Part shown: positions 1 through 9,918 of the stretch, piece by piece
Layout: every line of letters starts with the position of its first letter
Numbering within the stretch: position 1 is the stretch's first letter
Assembly: GCA_965219025.1 (NCBI GenBank)
Contig: OZ244716.1
Coordinates: 102,726-166,725, forward strand
Length of the DNA: 64,000 bases
Origin: Dehalococcoidia bacterium
GTDB taxonomy: Bacteria; Chloroflexota; Dehalococcoidia; Lucifugimonadales; UBA2985
Direction of reading: 5' to 3'
Translations under genes and position numbers: made by a program
Notes under the pieces: model-generated
The model's input: the letters and a program-made list of their open reading frames with translations, nothing else
The model's database searches: none
Told to the model about the DNA's origin: nothing

Positions 1-445
1 CCTCAGCCAGCTTGCGCCGCTTGCTGCCCTCAAAGCCGAACGGCTTGGTGACCACGCCTATGGTCAGGGCGTCGACCTCACGGGCGATTTCGGCGACAAC
101 GGGCGCCGCGCCTGTGCCGGTACCGCCGCCCATGCCCGCGGCCACGAAGACCATGTCCGAGCCGGCCAGGGCCTCCAGGACTTCTTCCCGGCTCTCATCG
201 GCGGACTCCTTCCCCTTCTCGGGGTCTCCGCCAACGCCAAGACCTCTGGTTAGCCTCTCGCCCATGCGAATCCGGAGAGGTACCTCTGAACGCATCAGGG
301 CCTGCGCGTCCGTGTTCACGGCAACGTACTCCACGCCCTGAATCCGCTCGCGGAACATGCGCGAAACGGCGTTGCAACCCCCACCGCCAACTCCAACCAC
401 CTTGATCTTGGCGACTCCGTCGTTATCGTATCCTAGACTGGTCAT
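1..445 (-). CDS. ftsZ: Cell division protein FtsZ, copy 1 (runs off the left edge of the window)
   Basis: Manual translation from ATG at 445: [30 protein letters not shown]...[13 protein letters not shown] (tubulin signature). SD AGGAGGAG upstream; lies directly downstream of ftsA. Confidence 0.97.
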   Translation of the reverse strand, partial: MTSLGYDNDGVAKIKVVGVGGGGCNAVSRMFRERIQGVEYVAVNTDAQALMRSEVPLRIRMGERLTRGLGVGGDPEKGKESADESREEVLEALAGSDMVFVAAGMGGGTGTGAAPVVAEIAREVDALTIGVVTKPFGFEGSKRRKLAE

Positions 446-461
446 TACCGCTCCTCCTGTG

Positions 462-1706
462 CTATGCCTGGGATCTCAGGGTAACCCTGTTGAACAGACT
501 CCCAACGAGGGATCCGTTTCTTGCAGGCTTGTTCTTGACGACCGCCGGGGCCGCTGCCTGAGAGTGCCTGGCATCCCATAGCAGAAGGCCAAGGGCGGTG
601 GCGAATGCAGGATCGTCCAGCTCTTCCGGAACCCACGTGTAGGAGGTCGGCATACCCGTCCTCACTGGGCCAGGCCAGATCTGCCCTGCCAGCTCCCGGA
701 TTCCCTGCAGATTTGCAGTCCCTCCGGTAAGCACCAGCCCACCGGCCGGCGCGCTGTCGAGTCCCGCCTTGCCCACCTCTGCGCGGGCCATGCGCAGCAG
801 TTCGCTAACGCGATCGCTGATCACGCTGCAGAAGTCCCTGAGGCTCACCTGCGTGTAGGACTGGTTGCCGAAGCCGGGCAGCCGAATCTGCTCCCGTTCG
901 TCCACCTCATCCGGCACGGCATGACCAAACTTCAGCTTAGCCTCCTCGGCCGCTAGGGAAAACGTCGTGAACGCAATCGAGATGTCGCGGGTAACCTGGA
1001 ATCCGGCCGCGGGTATGATGTTCGTGTGCCAGATGCTTCCCTCGAGGAAAACCGACACGTCCGTTGTGCCGCCTCCAATGTCGACCAGCACGACGCCCAT
1101 ATCCTTCTCATCGCGGGAGAGCGTGGACTCTGCGCTGGCCAGCGGCTCCAGCACCAGGCCCCTAATTCCCACGCCGGCACGTCGCAGCGCCTCGATCAGG
1201 TTGTCCATCGCCGTGTGGTCTGCCATGACGACGTGGCTTTCGACTTCCAGAGAGGAGCCATACATGCCAATCGGGTCGTGCACTCCCCAGTTGCCGTCGA
1301 TCCCGTAGTCCCTTGGGATCACGTGGAGGACCTTGTTCTCTGGGCCGGTGCGTTCCGCGCAGCAGGCCTTGATGACCTGGGTGATATCTTCCGAGCCTAT
1401 GGGCGAGCCGCTGGGCCGGTTGTCCATAGCGGCCCTGCAGTTCACGTAGCTGACGTGGCTGCCGGTGATTCCGACATACGCCGACGCGACCTTGATCCCC
1501 GCCTGAACCTCCGCCTCCCGAATCGAGGCCTGAATCTCCTGCTGAATCTCGGAGAGGTTGCTGACGATGCCCTTCTGCATGCCCCGTGATGGGACGGTGC
1601 CCGCGCCGATGACCCGAAGGGCGCCCGTGGCCTCGGCCTTGCTTATGAGGGTACAGACCTTGGTCGTCCCTACATCTATTGCCACCTGTATGTTGTCATT
1701 CTTCAT
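462..1706 (-). CDS. ftsA: Cell division protein FtsA
   Basis: [18 protein letters not shown] and LVLTGGTA actin-fold motifs; C-terminal amphipathic [10 protein letters not shown]; start placed at MKNDNIQ. Confidence 0.96.
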   Translation of the reverse strand: MKNDNIQVAIDVGTTKVCTLISKAEATGALRVIGAGTVPSRGMQKGIVSNLSEIQQEIQASIREAEVQAGIKVASAYVGITGSHVSYVNCRAAMDNRPSGSPIGSEDITQVIKACCAERTGPENKVLHVIPRDYGIDGNWGVHDPIGMYGSSLEVESHVVMADHTAMDNLIEALRRAGVGIRGLVLEPLASAESTLSRDEKDMGVVLVDIGGGTTDVSVFLEGSIWHTNIIPAAGFQVTRDISIAFTTFSLAAEEAKLKFGHAVPDEVDEREQIRLPGFGNQSYTQVSLRDFCSVISDRVSELLRMARAEVGKAGLDSAPAGGLVLTGGTANLQGIRELAGQIWPGPVRTGMPTSYTWVPEELDDPAFATALGLLLWDARHSQAAAPAVVKNKPARNGSLVGSLFNRVTLRSQA

Positions 1707-1889
1707 CGTGCACCACCTGGCTGCGGTATTTTGTGCCATGCTGCCGGTCCGGGGGCATGCCGTCGTGGAGATGTGGGGTTCAATCGCAAATATCTATCGT
1801 GTTGGGATCCTGCCTTCATAAGGCGTTGTATTTCGTTCCACACGACCTTACCCCCAGACCAGCTGTATCTGTAGAGGGGAACAGCCCCT

Positions 1890-2780
1890 CTAAACGCGCT
1901 CCGCAACCCGCATTCGGGCGCTTCGACTCCTACGGTTGAAACGGACCTCCTCGCGGGAGGGGGGAATTATCTTCTTGTTCACAATGCGCAGGCCGCCGGC
2001 CTCAACGCTCTCCTGCCTCAGAAAGCTCTTGACCAGCCGGTCCTCCAAAGAGTGGTAGCTTATGACCACAAGCCTGCCTTCCGGCCTCAGTAGATGCAAC
2101 GTCTGTCCCAACGCCATTGTGAGATTCTCCAGCTCACCGTTGACTTCTATACGAATGGCCTGGAATACTTGCGTTGCAGGGTGTACGCGGCTCCAGGGGC
2201 GCCGGATGACCCTGGAAACCACCTGCGCGAGATGAAGCGAGGTATCTATAGGCCGGTTCTCCACCACCCCCTGCGCAATCCGGTCGGCCCGGCGCTCCTC
2301 GCCAAAGCTGCGGAAAATCCTGGTCAGCTCCAGTTGGGAGTAGTAGTTCACCACTTCCCAAGCCGTCAGCTCCTGGCTCGGGTCAAAGCGCATGTCCAGC
2401 GGCTCCTCAAACCGGAAGCTGAAACCCCTCCCCTCCCCCTCTAGCTGGAGCGAAGAGAGACCCAGGTCCATGAGAATGCCGTCCACGCAGCCGTAACCAT
2501 TCTCTCGCGCAATGGCCTCAAGGTTTCGGAAGTTGTCGTTGGCCAGCGCGTAGAGGTCCCGATGTGGGCTCAAGCGGTTCGCCGCGGTCGCAAGCGCCGC
2601 GGGGTCCATGTCGATTCCCAGGAGCCGGCCGCCGGGGGAGGCGGCCTCCAGGATGGCCCAGGCATGCCCGCCCTCGCCGACGGTGCAGTCGATGTAGGTG
2701 CCTCCGGGCGTGACTCGGAGCCCTGCGACGGACTCGTCCACAAGCACAGGCGTGTGATATGGCATGGTCAAGACAGTCAC
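1890..2780 (-). CDS. rsmH: 16S rRNA m4C1402 methyltransferase RsmH (MraW)
   Basis: HTPVL, DCTVGEGGHA, DLGLSSLQL, ISYHSLEDR, RSRSARMR motifs; GTG start overlaps the mraZ stop (GTGA). Confidence 0.96.
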   Translation of the reverse strand: MTVLTMPYHTPVLVDESVAGLRVTPGGTYIDCTVGEGGHAWAILEAASPGGRLLGIDMDPAALATAANRLSPHRDLYALANDNFRNLEAIARENGYGCVDGILMDLGLSSLQLEGEGRGFSFRFEEPLDMRFDPSQELTAWEVVNYYSQLELTRIFRSFGEERRADRIAQGVVENRPIDTSLHLAQVVSRVIRRPWSRVHPATQVFQAIRIEVNGELENLTMALGQTLHLLRPEGRLVVISYHSLEDRLVKSFLRQESVEAGGLRIVNKKIIPPSREEVRFNRRSRSARMRVAERV

Positions 2781-3223
2781 CGCGCCCCCTCCGAGACCTC
2801 GGCGATGTACGATGCCTCCTGGTCCAGCAGCTCCCTCTCCTGCTGCCACGACCCCACGTCCCAGACCTCCAGGTAGTCACCCATACCGGCCACCACCACC
2901 GACTCGCCAATCCCGGCGTACTGCCTCAATGTGGCCGGCAGCATCACCCTCCCCTGTCGATCCAGCTGTAGGTTGTATGCAGCTGAGAAGGTCAATCTGC
3001 GCATTCTCCTGTTCTTGGCCCTTTGCGTAGGAAGGTCTGCGACTTCCTTCACGTGGGCTTGCCACTGACTGTGAGAAAACGCTGCGATGCAGCAATCGTA
3101 GGCCCGGGTGAGAACAAGGCCGCCCGTGAAGGCGTCGCGGAAGCGGGACGGCACGGCGATGCGACCTTGCGGGTCCACCCGAACCTCCTGCTCCCCGATG
3201 AATGAAAGTGTGTCACGCTCCAC
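2777..3223 (-). CDS. mraZ: Division/cell-wall cluster transcriptional repressor MraZ
   Basis: Two DxQGR motifs (VDPQGRIAVP, LDRQGRVMLP), GMGDYLEVW; upstream of rsmH. Confidence 0.96.
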   Translation of the reverse strand: MERDTLSFIGEQEVRVDPQGRIAVPSRFRDAFTGGLVLTRAYDCCIAAFSHSQWQAHVKEVADLPTQRAKNRRMRRLTFSAAYNLQLDRQGRVMLPATLRQYAGIGESVVVAGMGDYLEVWDVGSWQQERELLDQEASYIAEVSEGAR

Positions 3224-3290
3224 CTTGTTTCACCATTTCCCGCCTAATCTATCCTAACGACACCTAGAATAGCACTATAAATCCACAAGC
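3221..3290 (-). promoter_or_regulatory. Putative MraZ-binding boxes with 10-bp periodicity
   Basis: On the + strand cacc/cacc/cgcc/atcc/cacc start at 3221, 3231, 3241, 3251 and 3261 (GGTG-like on the - strand), covering the mraZ start region. Confidence 0.6.
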
Positions 3291-3652
3291 GCAATACCAA
3301 TTGTCGGGATTTTTTGTGCTTTTTCTGAGTCTCGATATAGGACATCTAGAGCGCTTTACAAAGCATGCGCTCCGGCCTGTCACGCGCGGCACAAGACTCC
3401 CGAAAGGCCCCCGGCAAGTGGCGGTTCTGCCGGAAGCAGGACCGGTCCAGCTTGCCGGTTCCGTGCGGCCGGACTCGGCGGGCATGACGGTGCGGCCGCC
3501 TGGCATGGGACGTCCGCGCGGGTCACTTGCTGGCACCCAGGCGACTATTCGTTCAGCAAGGCGGGGGTGTTCGTGTTAGGAGCCTGGCGCGCCGGTGCAG
3601 ACGCGCAGATCATGTGCCGGCAACTTGTGGGGTAACCAGCGCCGCCGTAAGC

Positions 3653-3955
3653 CTAACGCTCAGCCGGACTCACGTCGCTGACAAGCCGTAGCAGCTGAGG
3701 CCTCGTACCCGGCACGCGAATCAGCAAGCCCCTCGCCTCCATGTCCTGCTTCACCGAGACCACGTACCACTTCACCGAGCCATCGAAGCTGCCGCCCACG
3801 CGCTGCCCGACCTCCGCAACCAGCTCCGTGTAGGTCATGCCATCGCTGCCGCTCAGCGCCGCGGCGATCGCATCCCGTATGGTCTCATACTTTTGCCTGC
3901 TGATGTTCACGCCCCGCTTGCCCTGCGGGTGCAGCGTCAGGGTCCTGTCGTCCAC
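3653..3955 (-). CDS. Small conserved protein (DUF6958-like, winged-helix-like)
   Basis: LHPQGKRGVNISRQKYE...FDGSVKWYVVSVKQDMEARG pattern; starts 2 bp after the trmD stop. Confidence 0.7.
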   Translation of the reverse strand: MDDRTLTLHPQGKRGVNISRQKYETIRDAIAAALSGSDGMTYTELVAEVGQRVGGSFDGSVKWYVVSVKQDMEARGLLIRVPGTRPQLLRLVSDVSPAER

Positions 3956-3957
3956 GG

Positions 3958-4710
3958 CTACGCCTCCCGCTCTTCGAGCAGCGCGCGGTCCTCCGCGCTC
4001 AGATCCGCCCTCTCCAGCAGGTCTGGCCGCCTCTGCTGCGTCCGCCTCAAGGATTGCCGCCTCCGCCAGCGCCGCACCTCCTCGTGGTTGCCTGAGAGAA
4101 GCACCGGCGGCACCTTCCAGTCGCGAAACTCCGCCGGCCGGGTGTACTGTGGAAACTGGATGAGTCCGGTGGAGTGAGTGTCGTCCTCGATGGACTGGCC
4201 GTCTCCCACGGCCCCCGGCAGCAGTCGCACCACCGCGTCGACCACCGCCATGGCCGGGATCTCGCCGCCGCTCAGCACGTAGTCGCCTATGCTTATCTCG
4301 CGGTCGGTGAGGTGCTCCAGTACGCGCTCGTCCACGCCCTCGTAGTGGCCGCAGATGAGCACGAGGTCCCTGAGCGACGCGAGCTCCTCAACCACCGCCT
4401 GCGTCAGCACCTCACCCTGTGGCGACATCAGGACGACGCTGGCTCTGTCTGCGCGGTCTCGTCCACCCTCTTCCGCAATGAGGGACTTCACGGCCTCCAC
4501 GGCCTCGAACAGCGGCTCAGGCTTCAGCACCATGCCTCCACCGCCACCGTACGGGTAGTCGTCCACCGTCCTGTGCCTGCTGTGGGCGTAGTCGCGGAAG
4601 TTGTGGACGCGTATGCGCACCACGCCGCCATCCACCGCCCGGCCCACAATGCTCTCACGGAACGGCCCCTCCAGCATGGCCGGAAAGAGTGTAAGGATGT
4701 GGATGTCCAT
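3958..4710 (-). CDS. trmD: tRNA (guanine37-N1)-methyltransferase
   Basis: VDDYPYGGGGGMVLKPEP, ICGHYEGVDER, SIGDYVLSGGE, PQYTRP, LLSGNH motifs. Confidence 0.98.
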   Translation of the reverse strand: MDIHILTLFPAMLEGPFRESIVGRAVDGGVVRIRVHNFRDYAHSRHRTVDDYPYGGGGGMVLKPEPLFEAVEAVKSLIAEEGGRDRADRASVVLMSPQGEVLTQAVVEELASLRDLVLICGHYEGVDERVLEHLTDREISIGDYVLSGGEIPAMAVVDAVVRLLPGAVGDGQSIEDDTHSTGLIQFPQYTRPAEFRDWKVPPVLLSGNHEEVRRWRRRQSLRRTQQRRPDLLERADLSAEDRALLEEREA

Positions 4711-4711
4711 G

Positions 4712-5206
4712 CTAGTGCGGAGGATGGGTCTCCACCCGCGCGCTGGTCAGGGTCTCCAGGGCGTGAGGCAGCACTTCTGCGACGGCCTCCAGGCACTCCC
4801 TGACGGCCCTTGGGCTGCCGGGCAGGTTGACAATGAGGCAGTGGCCGCGCAGCCCGGACACGCCTCTACTGAGCATGGCCATGGGGGTATGCCGCAGCCC
4901 CGCCTGTCGCATCGCCTCCGAGATGCCCGGCACCTGCCGGTCGATGACGGACAGCGTGGCCTCCGGCGTCACGTCGCGGGGCCCCAGGCCGGTGCCGCCC
5001 GTGGTCACGATCAGGTCCACCTCGCCGCTGTCCGCCCACTCCGCGAGCCTTTCGGCGATGATCGAACGCTCGTCCGGCACAATCTCGTAGCGCGCCAGCG
5101 TGAAGCCCATGTCCAGGAGCACTTCGCGGATGGCCTGCCCGCTCGTGTCTTCACGCTGGCCCTCTGCGCCCATATCGCTGCTGGTCAGGATTCCCAGGTT
5201 GTACAT
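4712..5206 (-). CDS. Molybdopterin adenylyltransferase, MogA/MoaB family
   Basis: TSSD...REDTSG, TTGGTGLGPRDVTPEA, AMLSRG, NLPGSPRAV motifs. Confidence 0.93.
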   Translation of the reverse strand: MYNLGILTSSDMGAEGQREDTSGQAIREVLLDMGFTLARYEIVPDERSIIAERLAEWADSGEVDLIVTTGGTGLGPRDVTPEATLSVIDRQVPGISEAMRQAGLRHTPMAMLSRGVSGLRGHCLIVNLPGSPRAVRECLEAVAEVLPHALETLTSARVETHPPH

Positions 5207-5335
5207 GTCCACCTGCGCCCACAACGGAACTGGCTCCAATATACCACACGAGTCGGCGCCCGATAACGCCGGCGTTTTGCTCAATCCATGTCCACGGCAT
5301 ATAATGTACGGCAGTCATACCGACTCAGCAGAAAC

Positions 5336-5956
5336 ATGAATCCAACCACAGTCCAAAAGAGAAGTTCCACGCAGGAGGACGCGGCGTTTCTCATGGGCAT
5401 CCTGGCATTGCTGCCGGAGCCTCAGGCGCGCGTTGCCCTTGTGGTGGTCAGCGGACTGCCCGGCAGCGGCAAGTCCTACTTCAGCCGGCAGCTTGCGCAG
5501 CGCGCTCCCCTTGCCGTCGTGGAATCGGACGCGATGCGGTGCGCCCTCTTCGGCACGCCCACGCACAGCGGCCCCGAGAGCGCTCGCCTCTTCAGGGCAT
5601 GCCACGCACTCATCGATGACCTGCTCCGGCGCGGTATCCCCGTTCTGTTCGACGCCACCAACCTGATCGAGCAGCTCAGGGAGAGGCTCTACAGCATAGC
5701 CCACCGGACCGAAGCCAAGCTGGTCATTGTGCGCGTGGAGGCGCCTGAGGACGTGATCGCCAGCCGGCTCGCGCAGCGAGAGGCGGGAAACGGCGACCCG
5801 GAAGACAACTCCACCGCCGACCTGGCCGTCTACCGGCGCATGACAAGCGTGGTGGAGCCGATCCGCCGCAATCACTACGCCGTGGACACCTCAAGGGATA
5901 TCGCACCGGTCGTCGAGAAGATCTGCAGAGAACTCGACCGGTGGTTCAAGGGCTGA
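5336..5956 (+). CDS. P-loop kinase-like ATP-binding protein (AAA_33-like)
   Basis: Walker A SGLPGSGKS, VLFDATNL; TATAAT at about 5300. Confidence 0.8.
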   Translation: MNPTTVQKRSSTQEDAAFLMGILALLPEPQARVALVVVSGLPGSGKSYFSRQLAQRAPLAVVESDAMRCALFGTPTHSGPESARLFRACHALIDDLLRRGIPVLFDATNLIEQLRERLYSIAHRTEAKLVIVRVEAPEDVIASRLAQREAGNGDPEDNSTADLAVYRRMTSVVEPIRRNHYAVDTSRDIAPVVEKICRELDRWFKG

Positions 5957-5984
5957 GAGCCCGTTCAAGAGAGGAGAGATTGAT

Positions 5985-7496
5985 ATGGAAATCAGGGCCA
6001 TCGCAGGCGACATCACTCAGGTTGACTCGCCGGCCATAATCGTCAACCTGTTCGATGGGGTGGAGACGCCCGATGGCGCGACGGGCGCGGCCGACAGGGC
6101 GCTTGGCGGGGCGATTTCGAATCTGATTGCCGATGGCGAGATACGCGGCAAGAAGGGCGAAATCACCATCATCCACACCCTTGGCCGGATTCCGTCCGCC
6201 CGCGTTGTGGTGGCTGGCCTGGGCAAGGCCGAGAGCTTCAGCCCGGAGGTGGCAAGGCAGGTTACGGCGGCCGTCTGCCGCCGTCTCAGGTCAGCGGGAA
6301 TTCGCAGCGCCGCGACCATCGTGCACGGCGCCGGCATCGGCGGGCTGGACGTGGCGGACGCGGCACAGGCCCTCGCCGAGGGTGGACTGCTGGGCCTCTA
6401 CACCTTCCGGCGCCACTTCTCGAAGAACGACGACGGCGACAGGACGCTCGACGAGCTGAACGTGGTCGAGCAGGACGCGTCGCGCATTGCGGCCATCGAG
6501 AGCGGCTTGGAACGCGGCCGGATCTTCGCCGAGGCCGCCATGCTCGCTCGCAACATGGTGAACGAGCCGCCCAACCACATGACGCCGACCCACATCGCCG
6601 ATATAGCGGCGGGCCTGGCTTCCGAGCACGGCCTGGACTCCACGATCCTCGACCGGCCGCAGATGGAGGAGCTCGGCATGGGCGGGCTGCTCGGCGTGGC
6701 AAAGGGCAGCGTCGAGCCTCCAAAGTTCATCGTGCTCAGCTACAGGGGAGACCCCGACCACCCTGACAACAACCTTGGACTGCTGGGCAAGGGCATCACC
6801 ATGGACACGGGCGGAATCTCCCTCAAGACATCGGCCGCAATGTTCTCCATGAAGAGCGACATGTCCGGCGCGGCTGCCGTCGTTTCCGCCATCGGCGCCA
6901 TCGCGCAGCTGAAGCCCAAGCTGAACGTCACCGCAATCGCCGCGGCCACGGAGAACATGCCAAGCGGCTCCGCGCAGAAGCCCGGCGACGTGCTGCGCAC
7001 CATGAGCGGCAAGACCGTCGAGGTGGAGAACACGGACGCGGAGGGACGCCTGGTCCTCTCGGACGCGCTGGCCTACGCCAGGCAGATGGGACTGAATCGG
7101 CTGGTGGACGTGGCCACGCTGACGGGGGCCATCGTCACGGCGCTTGGCGACGTGTGCATAGGCGCGTTCACAAACAACGCCGAGCTTCTCGAGTCCGTGA
7201 TTTCGGCCGGCGAGGCGGCCGGCGAGCGTATCTGGGAGTTGCCCATGTACGACGACTACAAGGAGCAGAACCGGAGCCAGGTTGCCGACGTCAAGAACAC
7301 GGGCGGGGCCAAAGCAGGTTCCATCACGGCCGCGCAGTTCCTGGCCGAGTTCAGCGAGGACACGCCCTGGGTCCACCTGGACATCGCAGGCACGGCCATG
7401 ACGGACAGGGAGTCCGGATACCTCGTGCGGGGCGCGACCGGCGTGCCGACCCGGACGCTCATCCGCCTGGCGTTGGACCTGGCCGCGCAGGAGTAG
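5985..7496 (+). CDS. pepA: Leucyl aminopeptidase (M17)
   Basis: GKGITMDTGGISLK, MKSDMSGAA, NTDAEGRL, WVHLDIAG motifs. Confidence 0.97.
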   Translation: MEIRAIAGDITQVDSPAIIVNLFDGVETPDGATGAADRALGGAISNLIADGEIRGKKGEITIIHTLGRIPSARVVVAGLGKAESFSPEVARQVTAAVCRRLRSAGIRSAATIVHGAGIGGLDVADAAQALAEGGLLGLYTFRRHFSKNDDGDRTLDELNVVEQDASRIAAIESGLERGRIFAEAAMLARNMVNEPPNHMTPTHIADIAAGLASEHGLDSTILDRPQMEELGMGGLLGVAKGSVEPPKFIVLSYRGDPDHPDNNLGLLGKGITMDTGGISLKTSAAMFSMKSDMSGAAAVVSAIGAIAQLKPKLNVTAIAAATENMPSGSAQKPGDVLRTMSGKTVEVENTDAEGRLVLSDALAYARQMGLNRLVDVATLTGAIVTALGDVCIGAFTNNAELLESVISAGEAAGERIWELPMYDDYKEQNRSQVADVKNTGGAKAGSITAAQFLAEFSEDTPWVHLDIAGTAMTDRESGYLVRGATGVPTRTLIRLALDLAAQE

Positions 7497-7522
7497 CGGC
7501 CGCCGCGCCGCCCTCCACAACC

Positions 7523-7683
7523 GTCATTGCGGCTTCCGCCGCAATCCAGGGCGGCCGGGGCACTACTCCCCGGCGGCCATTCCTGCGCAGGCAGGAATCC
7601 AAGGGTAACCTGCGGCCGCAAGGTAGCACGATGTCGGCAGGCCCCAGGTTTCTCGACTCGGTTGCGCCTCGCTCGAAATGACA
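7523..7683. repeat. Composite cluster of REP/RPE-like palindromic elements
   Basis: GTCATTGCGGC..GCCGCAATCCA, CATTCCTGCGCAGGCAGGAATCCA, and an inverted copy (7649-7683) of the TGTCATTTCGAGCGA..AGTCGAGAAA unit of the 48.3-48.8 kb array; lies between convergent genes. Confidence 0.75.
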
Positions 7684-7697
7684 GCGGTGGCTTGTGT

Positions 7698-8339
7698 TCA
7701 TGGCGGGCGGTCCAGTTCCCATCCTTTAGCTGCGAGGATTGGATCGCATCGCTCTTCTACAGTCTCATAAACCGTCGTCCCCTGGACGTAGGCTTGCTGT
7801 AACTGCTCAAGGCACTCTGCCAGCTCAGGCATTCCGCCCTGCTCGGCTTCCGATATATGTTCGCCGATGGTATCGGCCATCCGGTCCAGGTACTCTCTGA
7901 GCCCTGGGTCGATGGTTGGCGCAGGACCCGATGTTTGGGTGGGGCTTGGGGTATGGGTCGGAACCTGAACGTTGTCCGGGATTACGATTATCTCTATTAG
8001 AGCCTCGCACGTCTCTGGATTGTAGGCTATTTCTCGCTTGGTGATACTTCCGGCGACACCGCCCATGCCGGAGAAATGGTAGCTACAGCCATCTTCTATC
8101 TTTGTGCCTACGATTATCCTGCGAGATACGATACTGTTTGGCGGCGGGGTTGAGTATGGATAGACAACTACGTTGTCGCCTTCGAGGGTTAGAGGGGTTG
8201 GGGCTGGCGGTGGGGTTGGCGTGGGAGTGGGGATCGTGGTGGGCGTAGGGATTGGCGTGTCTGTTGGAACCTGGGTAGGCGTAGGTTCGCTACAGGCAAG
8301 GGCCAGGATGATGAATGCCGCCAGGATTGCTTTCGCCAT
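7698..8339 (-). CDS. Hypothetical lipoprotein with Pro/Thr-rich linkers
   Basis: Lipobox ILALAC, PTPT repeats, four further Cys; lower GC than neighbours. Confidence 0.75.
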   Translation of the reverse strand: MAKAILAAFIILALACSEPTPTQVPTDTPIPTPTTIPTPTPTPPPAPTPLTLEGDNVVVYPYSTPPPNSIVSRRIIVGTKIEDGCSYHFSGMGGVAGSITKREIAYNPETCEALIEIIVIPDNVQVPTHTPSPTQTSGPAPTIDPGLREYLDRMADTIGEHISEAEQGGMPELAECLEQLQQAYVQGTTVYETVEERCDPILAAKGWELDRPP

Positions 8340-8555
8340 ACGTCACTCCGCCCTGGTCATTCTGTGGTCTGCAAAGAATAGTATGAAAGAGATTTCCCCG
8401 AAAGTCGATAGACCCTGGACGCCTGCGGAATTCCAAGCTCAGCGCTCAGCGGTGCACGAGGCCGGAACGCTCAGCCACGCGAGCCAGCCGGCCCATCGCC
8501 ATTGCCCCGCCGAGTGCAAAGATGCTAGAATCGACTTCGGCCTCTTTGAGGCCGT

Positions 8556-8635
8556 GGTGGGCGTGGCCAAGCTAGGTCCAAGGCGCCAGGTTGTGGCCCT
8601 GGAGATCGAGGGTTCAAATCCCTCCGCTCACCCCA
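8556..8635 (+). tRNA. tRNA-His (GTG)
   Basis: G-1 plus acceptor GTGGGCG/CGCTCAC, anticodon arm CCAGG-TTGTGGC-CCTGG, T arm GAGGG-TTCAAAT-CCCTC, encoded CCA. Confidence 0.95.
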
Positions 8636-8660
8636 AACCCTGAGCACAAGCGAGGAACAC

Positions 8661-9869
8661 TTGCCGCCAATGGAATCAGCCTCGACACCCTGGAACCGGA
8701 CGAGCAACCCTCACCTTGAGGGCGTCGAGGTCATCACCGAGGGCGACACCAGCGGTTACGGCATGGCGCTCCGATTCTACCTGCCGGGCGGGCGCGAGGT
8801 TGGAGCCGTTTCACTGCCCCATCAGTTTCCGAACAGGACGGGTCCCACGTGGGCCTACCTTGTCGAAAGCCACGGCTGGACGCTCATCGACGCCGGGCCG
8901 CTCGGCGCGATGCCCGCGCTCGAGAAGGGCCTCCAGGCTCTCGGCAGGCGCCCCGCCGATCTCGAACGCGTCGTCATCACCCACGGGCACCAGGACCACG
9001 ACGGCAACGCCTACGACCTTGTGCGGACGAGCGGCGCCGAGCTTTGGGCCCATCAGCTATACTTCCACTTCCTGCCGTACGAGTACGCGCGGATGGGACT
9101 GGACAGGTCTTCACCTCTGCACCGCGCCATATTCGAGGTGGCACGGCGCGAGGAGGCGCAGTTCAGGAGCCGAACCAACTCGCCCGGCGACTGGCGGTGG
9201 CGCGACCACTACCGCGGCTACATCATGGGGCATCGCGCCATCCTGGAGGACCGACTGCCCATCCATCCCATCCGCGACGGCGAGGCGCTGGACGGCCTCC
9301 GGTTCCTCTACACTCCCGGCCACGCAGTGGACGAGATTTGCGTGACCATGGACGGCGTCGTGTTCAGCGGCGACCACATCCTGCCTCAAATCACGCCTCA
9401 TCCCACCATCAAGCGCACGCACCCAGAGAACATTCTGAGCTCTCTGCCGCCGGAGCACAGAGACCCCGGTGAGCACTACGGCCTTGCGAGCTACATCCGC
9501 TCGCTCGGCAGGACTCTGCAGCTGGAGCGAAGCGCAACGGTGCTGCCCGCGCACAGGCTCTACAACCACGGCCGGTTCAACGTGCGCAACCTGCGCCGAG
9601 CCCAGGAGATTGTGCGCCACCACGTCCGGCGGCTGGACCGGGTGGTCGAGTCAATGGACGGCGGCGCGGACACGCCGGAGAAGCTGGCCGCCGACCTGTT
9701 CCCTCCCAGGAAGCTCACGGGCGGCGGGTTCTTTGCCGCCGTGTCGGAGGTGGTCAGCCACCTGGAGCTGCTCGCCGATACGGGCGACGTGGCCGTCCAC
9801 CAGGACGGCCGGGTGGCAAGGAACGGGACGGAGTCATACAGAACCCGGATCGGGGAGATGACCTTGTGA
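8661..9869 (+). CDS. MBL-fold metallo-hydrolase
   Basis: LIDAG, THGHQDHDG (HxHxDH), TPGHA, SGDHILP, LPAH motifs. Confidence 0.9.
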   Translation: MPPMESASTPWNRTSNPHLEGVEVITEGDTSGYGMALRFYLPGGREVGAVSLPHQFPNRTGPTWAYLVESHGWTLIDAGPLGAMPALEKGLQALGRRPADLERVVITHGHQDHDGNAYDLVRTSGAELWAHQLYFHFLPYEYARMGLDRSSPLHRAIFEVARREEAQFRSRTNSPGDWRWRDHYRGYIMGHRAILEDRLPIHPIRDGEALDGLRFLYTPGHAVDEICVTMDGVVFSGDHILPQITPHPTIKRTHPENILSSLPPEHRDPGEHYGLASYIRSLGRTLQLERSATVLPAHRLYNHGRFNVRNLRRAQEIVRHHVRRLDRVVESMDGGADTPEKLAADLFPPRKLTGGGFFAAVSEVVSHLELLADTGDVAVHQDGRVARNGTESYRTRIGEMTL

Positions 9870-9918
9870 AACCGCACCGGGCGGAGGGTCAAAGGCAAGG
9901 CTGGGCAAGGAGATAGCG

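Noticed and set aside
3411-3458. SRP RNA-like hairpin (CCGGCAAG...CCGGAAGCAGG...CTTGCCGG)
   Set aside because: Lacks the conserved SRP helix 8 pattern (CAGG..CCGGAAGGAAGCAG); treated as an ordinary hairpin.
8556-8700. Integrative element at tRNA-His
   Set aside because: No integrase follows and I saw no duplicated tRNA 3' end; the downstream gene has host-like composition.
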